Source: an uncultured Candidatus Binatia bacterium | GTDB lineage: Bacteria > Desulfobacterota > Binatia > Bin18 | Length of the DNA: 64,000 nucleotides | Reading direction: 5' to 3' | Assembly (NCBI GenBank): GCA_965247985.1 | Contig: OZ252051.1 | Location: 3,973,045-4,037,044, forward strand | Shown here: piece by piece, positions 26,808-36,054 of the stretch | Position numbering within the stretch: the stretch's first letter is position 1 | Layout: the number at the start of each line of letters is the position of its first letter | The notes under the pieces: generated by a model | Seen by the model: only the letters and a program-made list of their open reading frames with translations | What the model was told of the DNA's origin: nothing | The model's database searches: none | Position numbers and translations under genes: made by a program

Positions 26808-27814
26808 TCCTCATGAACGCACGTGCCTTGTCCATCCGAGATGCTGCGACCGCCGTATTGACGCAACAGTCGCAGGGTAAGGGAGAAGGAAAGGAGCCCT
26901 CACAAGACCCCCTTCTGCGACAGTCCATGAGGAAAAAAATATACACGCAGGGGCAGCCGTGGCTTCTGTCTGTTACTCTTCTGATCTTTTTTCTGGTGGC
27001 CTGGCATCTGGCGACGGTTCGGCCAGCTTTTGACCCAACCGGCCGGACAGAAGACGAATTACTGACCATGGAGTTTAATGGAGATATTATCAGAACGGAG
27101 AGTGGCATCTACATCCATAATCCCGACAAAATCCAGGGCATTCCAGGGCCCCTCGTCCTGGTAAAGAAATCCGTCGAAGAACTCTCGGACCCTTTCCATA
27201 GGAAAGGAACAAACGACCATGGGATTGGCTATCTCGTATTCTATACCGTGACGCGTTTTGCAGTCGGATTTATATCCGCCTCGGTGCTTGCGGTGTGTAT
27301 CGGCATACTTATCGGCATGTCACGACCACTCTATCAAGCCCTGAACCCCTTTATTCAGCTCTTGAAGCCCATCTCGCCTCTGGCGTGGATGCCTCTCTTA
27401 TTATACAGCGTGCAAGACTCTACCTGGACAGCCATTCTTGTCGTCTTTATGGCATCGTTGTGGCCAACTATTGCGAATACCGCATTTGGGGTGAGTTCGA
27501 TCCGCAAAGAATACATCCAAGTTGCTCGCTTGCTACAGCTGTCCTGGTTCCGTCGTCTTATCATGGTTATCTTACCCGCTGCAGCACCGACTATTATCGC
27601 AGGTCTGCGCATCTCTTTTGGGAGTGCTTTGGTGGCAGTAGTGCCTGCGGAGATGTTGTTAGGCGAACTCGGTCTTGGCTATTTAACTTGGATTGAATGG
27701 AACAATCTCGACATCTCTGGCGTGATGTTTGCCATTCTCGTCGTTGGATCGGTGGGCATTATACTAGACTCCGGCTTTAATCAGCTCGCCCGCCTCGTGA
27801 CCTATGCTGAGTAA
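26801..27814 (+). CDS. ABC transporter permease, NrtB/CynB family
   Basis: BPD_transp_1-type core (RFAVGFISASVLAVCIGILIG...LKPISPLAWMPLLL...EYIQVARLLQLSWFRRL). ATG overlaps the cynS stop (ATGGTGA). An alternative ATG lies at 26813. Confidence 0.85.
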   Translation: MVILMNARALSIRDAATAVLTQQSQGKGEGKEPSQDPLLRQSMRKKIYTQGQPWLLSVTLLIFFLVAWHLATVRPAFDPTGRTEDELLTMEFNGDIIRTESGIYIHNPDKIQGIPGPLVLVKKSVEELSDPFHRKGTNDHGIGYLVFYTVTRFAVGFISASVLAVCIGILIGMSRPLYQALNPFIQLLKPISPLAWMPLLLYSVQDSTWTAILVVFMASLWPTIANTAFGVSSIRKEYIQVARLLQLSWFRRLIMVILPAAAPTIIAGLRISFGSALVAVVPAEMLLGELGLGYLTWIEWNNLDISGVMFAILVVGSVGIILDSGFNQLARLVTYAE

Positions 27815-27855
27815 CCTGCCCAGTCCAGAGTGCATACTGCTACAGAAAGAGTAGA

Positions 27856-28668
27856 ATGTCTTTCCTTGAAATTGACCATGTCAGCAAGCATTTCCCCCTG
27901 CGTGAAGGGACAACTGACCTTGCCCAGATGACAGAGACCTTCTGCGTCTTCCAAGATATCTCGCTCACTGTTGAAGAGGGGGAATTCGTCACCCTGGTTG
28001 GTCACTCGGGGTGTGGCAAGAGTACACTGCTTAATATTCTTGCCGGCTTTGAGACTGCCTCCGAAGGGGGCATGGTCTTGGACGGTCGGGAAGTCGTTGA
28101 GCCCGGCTTAGATAGAATGGTCGTCTTTCAAAGTTTTGCTTTGATGCCATGGCTCTCTGCCTTCGACAATGTCCGCATTGCGGTGAAAGCCGCCTACCCG
28201 GAGTGGGACAAGTCACAGACGGATGCCCATACACAAAAATATCTCGCCATGATGAATTTACAGCAGGCGGCCAATAAGAAGCCCACCTTTTTATCGGGAG
28301 GCATGCGTCAGCGTGTCGGGCTTGCACGTGCTTTTGCCGTCCAACCGAAAGTGCTGCTGCTGGATGAGCCCTTTGCACAAATCGATGCTCTCACTCGGGG
28401 CGTGATTCAGGACGAGCTGATGAGGATGTGGGAGGCGACTGGTACAACTGTTTTCATGGTAACCCACGATGTGGATGAAGCGATTTTACTATCGGATCGC
28501 ATCGCCCTCATGAGCGCCGGCCCGGAAGCCTTTCTCGCCGAGTGTGTCGAGATCGATATTCCTCGACCCCGACGACGGGAGACCATTATTGACCTGCCAC
28601 GGTATATACAACTCCGGAATGAGATCCTCCGCTTCCTCATGCACGCCTCTCAAGTCGAACAAGATTGA
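27856..28668 (+). CDS. ABC transporter ATP-binding protein, NrtD/CynD family
   Basis: Walker A GHSGCGKST, signature LSGGMRQR and Walker B LLLDEPF. Confidence 0.9.
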   Translation: MSFLEIDHVSKHFPLREGTTDLAQMTETFCVFQDISLTVEEGEFVTLVGHSGCGKSTLLNILAGFETASEGGMVLDGREVVEPGLDRMVVFQSFALMPWLSAFDNVRIAVKAAYPEWDKSQTDAHTQKYLAMMNLQQAANKKPTFLSGGMRQRVGLARAFAVQPKVLLLDEPFAQIDALTRGVIQDELMRMWEATGTTVFMVTHDVDEAILLSDRIALMSAGPEAFLAECVEIDIPRPRRRETIIDLPRYIQLRNEILRFLMHASQVEQD

Positions 28669-28757
28669 GAGTGAATGCAAGCGCTCTCTTTGACTTTCGC
28701 CCCTCCCCTGTCACTCATCCACCAAGCGTATGGTATAGGGGCTATCATGAGGAGAGT

Positions 28758-29873
28758 ATGCGTATCCAAAGAATTGGAGTGTTAACCGGAGGGGGCGATG
28801 CCCCTGGCTTGAACCCGGCACTCAAGGCGATTGTGTATCGCGCCACAGCCGAGGGCGTGGAAGTGATGGGGCTGCCCGACGGCTGGTACGGTTTACTCGA
28901 CGCAGGCGTTGGCGAGGCCGTCCGGCTGGAGGATTACCAGGTCCGGCGCTGGGACCGCGATGGGGGCACCAATCTGGGTTCGTCTCGCACCAACCCGTTT
29001 CGCGTGACAGTGCCGGGCGATGCGAGTGCGCGAAATCGTCCACAAGACCGGTCGGATGAAGTCATGGCCAATATCGCTCAGCTTGGCCTGGATGCCATTA
29101 TCGCCCTGGGCGGAGAAGATACCTTAGGCGTGGCGCACCGGCTGAGTGAAAAAGGCTGCCCGGTGGTGGGCATTCCAAAAACCATTGATAAAGACCTCAG
29201 CCACACCGACTACACCTTGGGATTTGATACGGCGCTGCGCAATTGCACCAGTGTCATCGAGCAGGCCCGCACCCCGGCCGGCTCGCACCATTGGGTGCAG
29301 GTGGTTGAGGTCATGGGCCGTCATGCCGGCCATCTGGCCCTATGGAGTGCGGTCGCCGGAGGCGCGACCCTGGCCCTTATCCCTGAGTATCCTTTTGCGT
29401 ATGAACGAGTGTATGAATTGTTGACCCAACGGCTCAGGCGTGGAGAGCAGGACCGGCGCTATCCCCGCTATGCGGTGATTGTGGCGGCCGAGGGCGCGCA
29501 CGCGGTTGAGGAGGGCGTGGTGACGCTGGATGCCCGCCGGGATGCCTTCGGACATGAACGCTTGGGCGGCATTGGGAGTCAACTCGCCCACCGGATTCGC
29601 CGCGACACGCCTTTTGATTCACGCGAGTTGGTAATCGGCCATAGCCAGCGCGGCGGCAGTCCGTCGGCGCTGGACCGGATTATGGGGCGGATGTTTGGCA
29701 CGGCAGCCGTCGAAGCCGTGCGGCACGGCGCCTGGGGACAGATGGTCAGTGCTCAGGGCATTGGCCCGACCTGCCAGCTCAGCCTGGTCCCCCTCAGTCA
29801 AGCCGTCGGCGGGCTCAATACCGTGGACCTTGAGCGCTTGTATGACATCAACCGGTATACCGCAAAGGTATAA
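28758..29873 (+). CDS. 6-phosphofructokinase (ATP- or PPi-dependent; GGEDT-type)
   Basis: Start MRIQRIGVLTGGGDAPGLN after GAGGAGAG. Motifs ALGGEDTLG, GIPKTIDKDL, MGRHAGHLAL and GHSQRGG. Confidence 0.9.
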   Translation: MRIQRIGVLTGGGDAPGLNPALKAIVYRATAEGVEVMGLPDGWYGLLDAGVGEAVRLEDYQVRRWDRDGGTNLGSSRTNPFRVTVPGDASARNRPQDRSDEVMANIAQLGLDAIIALGGEDTLGVAHRLSEKGCPVVGIPKTIDKDLSHTDYTLGFDTALRNCTSVIEQARTPAGSHHWVQVVEVMGRHAGHLALWSAVAGGATLALIPEYPFAYERVYELLTQRLRRGEQDRRYPRYAVIVAAEGAHAVEEGVVTLDARRDAFGHERLGGIGSQLAHRIRRDTPFDSRELVIGHSQRGGSPSALDRIMGRMFGTAAVEAVRHGAWGQMVSAQGIGPTCQLSLVPLSQAVGGLNTVDLERLYDINRYTAKV

Positions 29874-29940
29874 GTCATAAGTCAAGAGTCGCAAGTCCCA
29901 CTTTCGACTTTCCAACTTTCGACTCCCCGACCTTTCGCCC
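29872..29940. repeat. Heptad-periodic element, locus C (AAGTCNN x4 then NNGACTT-type units, imperfect long palindrome)
   Basis: aagtcat aagtcaa gagtcgc aagtccc, then actttcg actttcc aactttcg actcccc gaccttt. It begins within the pfk stop codon. Confidence 0.65.
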
Positions 29941-30000
29941 CATAGCTTGCCAGGTGGCGTCCACATACGATAATGGGCAGTCGGATGAAGAGGAGGGGAT

Positions 30001-30290
30001 ATGCCTGAGTCCACCTATGCGGAGACCCGTTTTCAGAGAGATGCGGTTCAGGGCGATTCGCTTGCGCCCCATCCCTTTTCATCAGAGCGCTTCGATGAAA
30101 TGTGTTCGGCTCCAGGAACTGTGCGTCCCCACTGGCAATACGCCATGCGCGCTTTCAGTGCTCTTGGCGGACAAGAGCTGGGTCGCCGTCGGGACGAAGT
30201 GCAACAGGTCTTGCGCGAAAATGGAGTGACCTACAACGTCTATACGGACACCCAGGGACGAACCCGGCCGTGGGCTCTTGACGTCATACC
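30001..30290 (+). pseudogene. N-terminal stump (about 95 codons) of a circularly permuted type-2 ATP-grasp protein
   Basis: FDEM....GTVRPHW......LG..EL..R..EV...LRENGVTYNVY.D..G..RPWALDVIP matches the family N-terminus. The family is normally about 480 aa. The ORF then drifts and ends at 30384 inside the convergent ubiE 3' end. Confidence 0.55.
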
Positions 30291-30364
30291 CGCGAAAGCA
30301 AGTATCCAGGTAGCCGGGCTTCCCGGACAAGACGAAGTCAGAGAACACTTCTCTACCCCCCCCT

Positions 30365-31060
30365 TTATCGTCTCACCGCTGTAATCAACTGCGCCACACC
30401 ACCGGATAAACTCTCCTTTACGACCTGCTCGAATCCCGCCGCTCGAACCATCTCCAACAGTTCCGCTTCCTCCGGGAGATACACCACAGAACGCGGCAAA
30501 TAGCGATACGACTTTCTGTCTGAGATGAGACCGCCCAGCAGGGGCACGAGCCGCTGAAAATAGAATCTATGGCCCCATTTCAGGAGGGCATTGCGAGGCG
30601 TATCAACCTCAAGCAAAGCCAAGCGGCCGCCGGGCTTGAGGACGCGCGCCGCTTCTTGGAGTGCGTGTGGTATTGAGACAAAATTTCGTAGAGCAAAGCC
30701 GGACAAGACAACGGAAACGGAGGCGGGCAGTAAGGGTAAGGCATTCGCATCGGCATGAATAAAGTCCGCTTTGATCCGGCGCCGGGTTGCGCCGACAAGC
30801 ATATTGCGGGCAAAGTCAACACCCATCACTCGGGCACCGGTCGCCGCGGCGAGTTCGCTCAAATCTCCCGTTCCGCAGGCTAGGTCGAGCACGACATCGG
30901 TAGCACGGACGTCAACGCTACGGATAGTCTTGCGGCGCCAGTATTGATCGAGGCGCAGAGACAGCCACCGGTTCAGCCGGTCATACTGCGGGGCGATCAG
31001 ATCAAACATTGCCCGCACTGCCGCGGCTTTCTCTGGAGCGGGAGGCAAGACCTCGGACAT
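30365..31060 (-). CDS. ubiE: Demethylmenaquinone/ubiquinone C-methyltransferase UbiE/MenG
   Basis: MFDLIAPQYDRLNRWLSLRLDQYWRR...VLDLACGTGD...NALPL...FALRNF...LKPGGRL.LLE are the canonical UbiE motifs. Confidence 0.9.
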   Translation of the reverse strand: MSEVLPPAPEKAAAVRAMFDLIAPQYDRLNRWLSLRLDQYWRRKTIRSVDVRATDVVLDLACGTGDLSELAAATGARVMGVDFARNMLVGATRRRIKADFIHADANALPLLPASVSVVLSGFALRNFVSIPHALQEAARVLKPGGRLALLEVDTPRNALLKWGHRFYFQRLVPLLGGLISDRKSYRYLPRSVVYLPEEAELLEMVRAAGFEQVVKESLSGGVAQLITAVRR

Positions 31061-31178
31061 GGGGATAGGGAATCAGCCAAAGCCGGTGCGGGCAAGGGTG
31101 GGAGAGGTATGAGGACACACGGACACGACTCGACGGTGCTGTCATTCCAACGCAGGCCGGAATCCAGTCCCTCGGCTC

Positions 31179-32930
31179 CTAGGGGATCACTGGCAACACA
31201 ATATGTGACCGAAACTTACTGTTATGCAAAACGGTCTGCTGCGCGGTGTGGAACTGCGTGCCGGTCGCCTGGTCGCCGCCGGTGTTCAGGTTGCGGTCAA
31301 AGCGGGGGAAGTTGCTCGACGACACTTCTACGCGGAGACGATGCCCCGGCAGAAACACATGGCTGGTTGCCCATAAGTCTATGCTGAACTCATACGGCTC
31401 GTCCGGGGTCAGCAGAGTCGGACTGCTCAAGGAGTCACGATAGCGTGCCCGCAGGATGCCATCAGCAATGTTCTGGGCATAACCGTCGGGCCGGACATCT
31501 ACCAGCTTGGCAGTAAAATCGGTGTCGGTGGCTGAAGACGAAGCGTAGAGCACAACCTTGAGGGGTCCGGTGACTTCCAGCGCTGCTTCCAGCGGCGCTC
31601 CGGTATAGACCAACACGTCCGAACGGCTTTCTACCTCACGCTGGTCTGCCACGCCAACCGGGATAATCAGCGTGTTGCCGCCACAGGTCGGCACCGGATT
31701 GGCCGGATCATATTCATACTGATCGTTGGGTTCGTCCTGGGGGGGGTCAACACTCAGCTCGCCATCGCCGTTGAGGCTGTTCGCCTGGCCCTGACTGTGG
31801 AAGTAGTAGGGTGTGTACTGCGTCCGGGCGAGCGGCCATTCGTATTCGTCCCGCCATTGATTGGTCCCCATCACAAACAGCCGGATAGGTGGCTCCTCGG
31901 AAATTCCCGAGTCAATTCCTTTGAGCCAATAGTCAAACCAGCGCAACTGCGTCTCGTGCAGTTCGATGGCAGCATTCGGACCGAAATCAATATCTCCGGT
32001 CCCACCGGAAATTGGCGTGGTATACGGAAAGAGGTGGGCCCACGGTCCAAGCAGCAATTTCTGGCCCCCGCGTGCTTCTGGCGTCATGGCCCGCGCCTGT
32101 AAGCCACAGAAGTGGACTAAGGCATCGCGCAGGAAAATGTCATACCACGAGCTGACATGGTACATGGGGATGTTGATGTTGCGATGCTGACGCTCAATGT
32201 TGATCGGCCACCAATACGGACCATCCTCGGGGTGGGTCAGGTAATCGCGCAGATACGGAGCAACCTCTTCAAGCAAATCGGCCCAGTACATGAGCGGCAA
32301 GCGTTGGTAGGCTTCTTCTGAAAGCGGATTCCCAAAATTGATTGAACGCAGCAGGTCGGGCCGAACCTTTGGCCAGAGTTGCTCTTTTATGCCTTTGCGA
32401 TCGATAGTGTTACGCGCGAGGAAGACAGCATACGGGATTTGCCAACCGAGGGAGAAGGCCCCACCGGTGTGGTAGACCCAGCCTTGATGATAATCAGCCC
32501 CGGCAGAGATGGGGAAAGCACACTGGAGATGTGGCGGCCGCGTGGGTGCGAGTTGATACTGGGTTGCGCCGAGATACGACTGGCCCTGAGTCCCGACCAT
32601 GCCGTTCGAGTACGGCAGGGCAGCGGCCCACTCGACTGTATCGTAGCCATCCTGAGCTTCATCAATGAGTGGGTAGTATTCCCCCTCTGACGCAAACCGT
32701 CCGCGACCGTCCTGGACGACCACCACATAACCACGCGAAGGAAAATACTCATGGTCGCCAAAGACCTCTGCCAATTGTTTGCCATACGGGAGGCGCAATA
32801 AAATAACGGGGAAACGCCCCTCGGCATCAGGTCGATATACATCGGCGTATAATGTCGTCCCATCCCGCATGACTGCCGGGACCTCTTTTTCTGTTATGAT
32901 TCGATATTCCTGACGACTTTCGCGTGGCAT
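31179..32930 (-). CDS. CocE/NonD family hydrolase (X-Pro dipeptidyl-peptidase S15 fold)
   Basis: Start MPRESRQEY after AAGGAGGGGG. Motifs MRDGTTLYADVYRPD, LPYGK, GYVVVVQDGRGRFASEG, GQSYLG (nucleophile elbow) and a C-terminal jelly-roll domain. Confidence 0.85.
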   Translation of the reverse strand: MPRESRQEYRIITEKEVPAVMRDGTTLYADVYRPDAEGRFPVILLRLPYGKQLAEVFGDHEYFPSRGYVVVVQDGRGRFASEGEYYPLIDEAQDGYDTVEWAAALPYSNGMVGTQGQSYLGATQYQLAPTRPPHLQCAFPISAGADYHQGWVYHTGGAFSLGWQIPYAVFLARNTIDRKGIKEQLWPKVRPDLLRSINFGNPLSEEAYQRLPLMYWADLLEEVAPYLRDYLTHPEDGPYWWPINIERQHRNINIPMYHVSSWYDIFLRDALVHFCGLQARAMTPEARGGQKLLLGPWAHLFPYTTPISGGTGDIDFGPNAAIELHETQLRWFDYWLKGIDSGISEEPPIRLFVMGTNQWRDEYEWPLARTQYTPYYFHSQGQANSLNGDGELSVDPPQDEPNDQYEYDPANPVPTCGGNTLIIPVGVADQREVESRSDVLVYTGAPLEAALEVTGPLKVVLYASSSATDTDFTAKLVDVRPDGYAQNIADGILRARYRDSLSSPTLLTPDEPYEFSIDLWATSHVFLPGHRLRVEVSSSNFPRFDRNLNTGGDQATGTQFHTAQQTVLHNSKFRSHIVLPVIP

Positions 32931-33058
32931 TATTCCCCCTCCTTTGAGCCTTCTTATAAAGAGACAAGCTGGGAAACGCAATCAAAAAGACGAAGTGAAA
33001 AAACGCGGGGGGAGTATGCTGTTCAGCATCATACAAAACCGATAAGGAACACAGTGCT

Positions 33059-33469
33059 ATGAAGTATTGGCTGGTGAAATCCGAACCGTATAAATACTCC
33101 TGGGACGATCTCCAAAAAGACGGCTGGACGTATTGGGACGGCGTGCGCAACTACCAGGCCCGGAATAACCTGCGCGCCATGCGGCTGGACGACCGGGTTT
33201 TGTATTATCACAGCAACGAAGGGCTGGAGATTGTTGGGATTGCGCGCGTCATCAAAGCGGCCTACCAGGACCCCACGACTGATGATGAGCGCTGGAGTGT
33301 GGTTGATATTGAACCGGTCGAACCCTTGACTACGCCGGTCACGCTGAGCGAGATCAAACAGGAGAAACGCTTGCAGGACATGGCTCTGCTCAAACAGAGC
33401 CGTCTCTCAGTCATGCCGGTGACCAAAAAAGAGTTTGATGTGATTGTCAAACAGGGACGGACGAAATAG
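33059..33469 (+). CDS. EVE (PUA-like) domain protein
   Basis: MKYWLVKSEPYKYSWDDL....WDGVRNYQARNNLRAMRLDDRVLYYHS...IVGIARV. Confidence 0.85.
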   Translation: MKYWLVKSEPYKYSWDDLQKDGWTYWDGVRNYQARNNLRAMRLDDRVLYYHSNEGLEIVGIARVIKAAYQDPTTDDERWSVVDIEPVEPLTTPVTLSEIKQEKRLQDMALLKQSRLSVMPVTKKEFDVIVKQGRTK

Positions 33470-33914
33470 TTCAGGCTCCTCCCTTCTTGTTCTCTGGGAG
33501 GCGTACTCCCGTGGTGAGACGCGGTGCTATTGCCTGTATCCACCACAGGAAACTCACTGTCTACACTTGACTCGTCAAAAAAGAGTGCTAGGGAAAGATT
33601 AGATGCCTGTGGCAGGTGGTGGTTGGGGATTCACTCACTAAACATGAGACTGGAGGGGATCCGCTACTATGCAATACCTGGAGCAACAGCCGTGCTCCTT
33701 CCCCACCAGCGGACAGTCTGGATTTGCTCCCGCCGTTCGCCAGGCCCCATCCGAGTCTGCTTCCCCCTCTTTCAGCCGCTCGCATCTTTCTCCTGCTGTC
33801 TCCACACGATTGTTCTATTTCTACCCGCCTGCGAAAGCGTGGTCCTCCGATCGTATAGGTCACCGCCGTTGCCCCGACTTGGTTTTCGTTCAGCCACAGA
33901 CAGGAGGAAGGGAT

Positions 33915-34046
33915 ATGAAACCTATTCTCGGCTTTATTGGAGGCGGTCTCATAGTCGTAGTCGTCCTGCTCTGGGGAACAATAGCAGACGCCTGCTTCGG
34001 CTACCCGGATGAGACGCCGTATCTCAATATGCATATTGAACCGTGA
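33915..34046 (+). CDS. Small membrane protein candidate (43 aa)
   Basis: ATG 7 nt after AGGAGGAAGGG. MKPILGFIGGGLIVVVVLLWGTIADACFG gives one TM helix. No homology recognised. Confidence 0.35.
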   Translation: MKPILGFIGGGLIVVVVLLWGTIADACFGYPDETPYLNMHIEP

Positions 34047-34082
34047 TTTCATACTTTTGGAAAACGATCAGGAGGTGTCATC

Positions 34083-34550
34083 ATGCCAATGCTCAATGCT
34101 CTTCAAGAGGCGCTTGAAGCGAACCATATCCCCTATCTCTTACAGACCCACCCTCGGACCTATTCCAGCCAAAAAACGGCCGCGGTCCAGCATGTGCCTG
34201 GCAGAGAGATGGCAAAAGTCGTTATAGTCAAAAAGGATGGACGGCCCATCATGACAGTGCTGCCGGCAAGCCATCGGGTGAATTTTACCCGGCTGAAGGA
34301 ATCTCTTGGGGGGGAGGTCGAACTTGAGGGTGAACAGGAGTTCCGGCGGTTGTTCCCGTACTGCGAGACCGGAGCAGAGCCGCCGTTTGGGAATTTGTTT
34401 GGCTTGGACGTCTGGGTTGATACTGCCCTGGCAGAGGACGAGGAAATCGTCTGTAACGCGGGGACGCACTATCAAACGGTCCGGCTGCGCTATGCTGACT
34501 TTGCCTGGCTCGTGCGGCCTCATGTCGCCACGTTTGCAGAGCATGGGTGA
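34083..34550 (+). CDS. YbaK/EbsC-like aminoacyl-tRNA editing (deacylase) domain protein
   Basis: 155 aa. AKVVIVKKDGRPIMTVLPASHRVNFTRL...GAEPPFGNLFGLDVWVD...IVCNAGTH. Confidence 0.8.
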   Translation: MPMLNALQEALEANHIPYLLQTHPRTYSSQKTAAVQHVPGREMAKVVIVKKDGRPIMTVLPASHRVNFTRLKESLGGEVELEGEQEFRRLFPYCETGAEPPFGNLFGLDVWVDTALAEDEEIVCNAGTHYQTVRLRYADFAWLVRPHVATFAEHG

Positions 34551-34738
34551 CAACAGCCTTGAGGGGAGAGCTCCTCAGGATCGAGATCAGAGGTACGGAT
34601 TAAGATGAAACCTCCCAAGGGAAGAGAACGAGGCCCGCCATATATGCCCCTAACGGGATCGGGCAGAAAGAAACGTCCGCGATGTGCGTTCCTCCGAGAG
34701 CGCGACTCTTCAGGAGAGCATTGAGAAAGGAAACCGTT

Positions 34739-35044
34739 ATGCCGACCTATATTTTGCTCAGCACCCTCACCCCCGAAGGCAACAAAACCCTCCATCAGCA
34801 TCCGAATCGTCTGGAAGAAGTGAACAAAGAGATTACCGAGTTTGGTTGTAAAGTGACGGGCCAGTTTGCGACGCTCGGCGCGTATGATTTTGTCAGCATT
34901 ATTGAGGCGCCCGACAACGAAACCGTGGCCCATCTGTCGGTTGATTTGAGTTCACGTGGCACAGTCCATATTACGACGTTACCAGCGATTCCAACCGCTC
35001 AGCTTTACGAAAAACTCATGGGACCGAAACAGATAGGTCGGTAG
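34739..35044 (+). CDS. GYD domain protein
   Basis: MPTYILLSTLTPEG.......R.EEVNKEI.EFGCKV..QFATLGAYDFVSIIEAPDNETVAHLSVDLSSRG. Confidence 0.8.
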   Translation: MPTYILLSTLTPEGNKTLHQHPNRLEEVNKEITEFGCKVTGQFATLGAYDFVSIIEAPDNETVAHLSVDLSSRGTVHITTLPAIPTAQLYEKLMGPKQIGR

Positions 35045-35482
35045 CAGCAGGCACCCACGCAGTTGACCGAGTTCTGTGCCGCTTAAAAAACTTGACACGG
35101 AACAATCAAGCGGAGTGGGAGAAAGTATCGGGTCTCTGGTGGACCCGTCGGACGAGGACGGCGCGCCCGTCAAAAAACCCTCCACAGGAGAGACAGGAGG
35201 TGCGAATGGAAAGTCCGCCGGAATATACACGCCCGCCGACGGTGGGCAGCAGCCACGTTAGACAGTGGCTATTGTGTTCGCGCTCTTGATGCTCAGACCC
35301 CGCCTGACTGTCGTGCTCGAAAGTACGGGGCCGAAAACGGCCGACTAACAAGAGAAGGCCAGCGGGAAAACGGACTGAGGACAGTCCGGAGCAGCCAGGG
35401 TTCAGAACAAGCCTGCTGTACTACCGCCAAGTCGGGCATACAACACAGACAACTGATAGTCGATTCTCAGCGCATAACGCGC

Positions 35483-35524
35483 ACCAAAGAGGGCGGCCTT
35501 TCCGGAAAGGTCGCCCTCTTTGGT
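35483..35524. terminator. Long near-perfect palindrome (about 20 bp stem), bidirectional hairpin
   Basis: accaaagagggcg gcctttcc/ggaaaggt cgccctctttggt, inside an ORF-poor 790-bp spacer. Confidence 0.5.
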
Positions 35525-35831
35525 TGACGCTGTGTGCTATCCATCTGGAATTGGCTTGGCTGTCTGAAATGCTGGTGGAGAGTGCTCAGCCATATTCTCT
35601 CACTTAGCACTCCTCCTGTCCCGGCCTCGCCCAGGATCAAGGAGGTCTCTCCAGTGTCTGAAATTACACCAGATATGGTAAATGTCCATTCGCCCCGCTC
35701 ACTTACTGTACGATTCGTCTGAGCGGCGAATATCACTCTGTGTTTCGCCCTTCTGCCAGAGAGCTATTTTGGCTATATAGGTCGCAGTACACTTCACCCA
35801 TCACGAGCGGGGAGTATATGGGAGACTCAAC

Positions 35832-36038
35832 ATGCGGGTGCAGCAGATTGACGTGAGCTATGCAGACGGAGCCGGAGAAACACTCGGGGGGGCGACACTC
35901 CACGTGCAATCGAAAACGCTGGCCGGCCAGGAGATTTATACACAGCTACCTCTTGAAGCAAAAGAAGTCAGAGCCCTCGAACAGGTGATACGGCAAGCCC
36001 TGAGGCGTTTGACCCAAGAAGCCCTGAAACTGATTTAG
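35832..36038 (+). CDS. Small hypothetical protein (68 aa)
   Basis: The ORF ends 4 nt before the glf region. The sequence is protein-like and helical at the C-terminus. No motif recognised. Confidence 0.35.
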   Translation: MRVQQIDVSYADGAGETLGGATLHVQSKTLAGQEIYTQLPLEAKEVRALEQVIRQALRRLTQEALKLI

Positions 36039-36054
36039 GCGTGTGGCACTACCG

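Noticed and set aside
31140-31178. gtcattccaacgcaggccggaatccag element as a further REP copy
   Set aside because: It is a single short hairpin (attcc/ggaat) with no second copy in this window. That is too little evidence to call a repeat family here.
35208-35217. GGAAAGTCCG string suggesting RNase P RNA
   Set aside because: The other universally conserved RNase P blocks are absent from the surrounding 400 nt (GGTAAGAGC-type P10-12 elements, the ACAGAANCCGGCTTA block and the pseudoknot partners).
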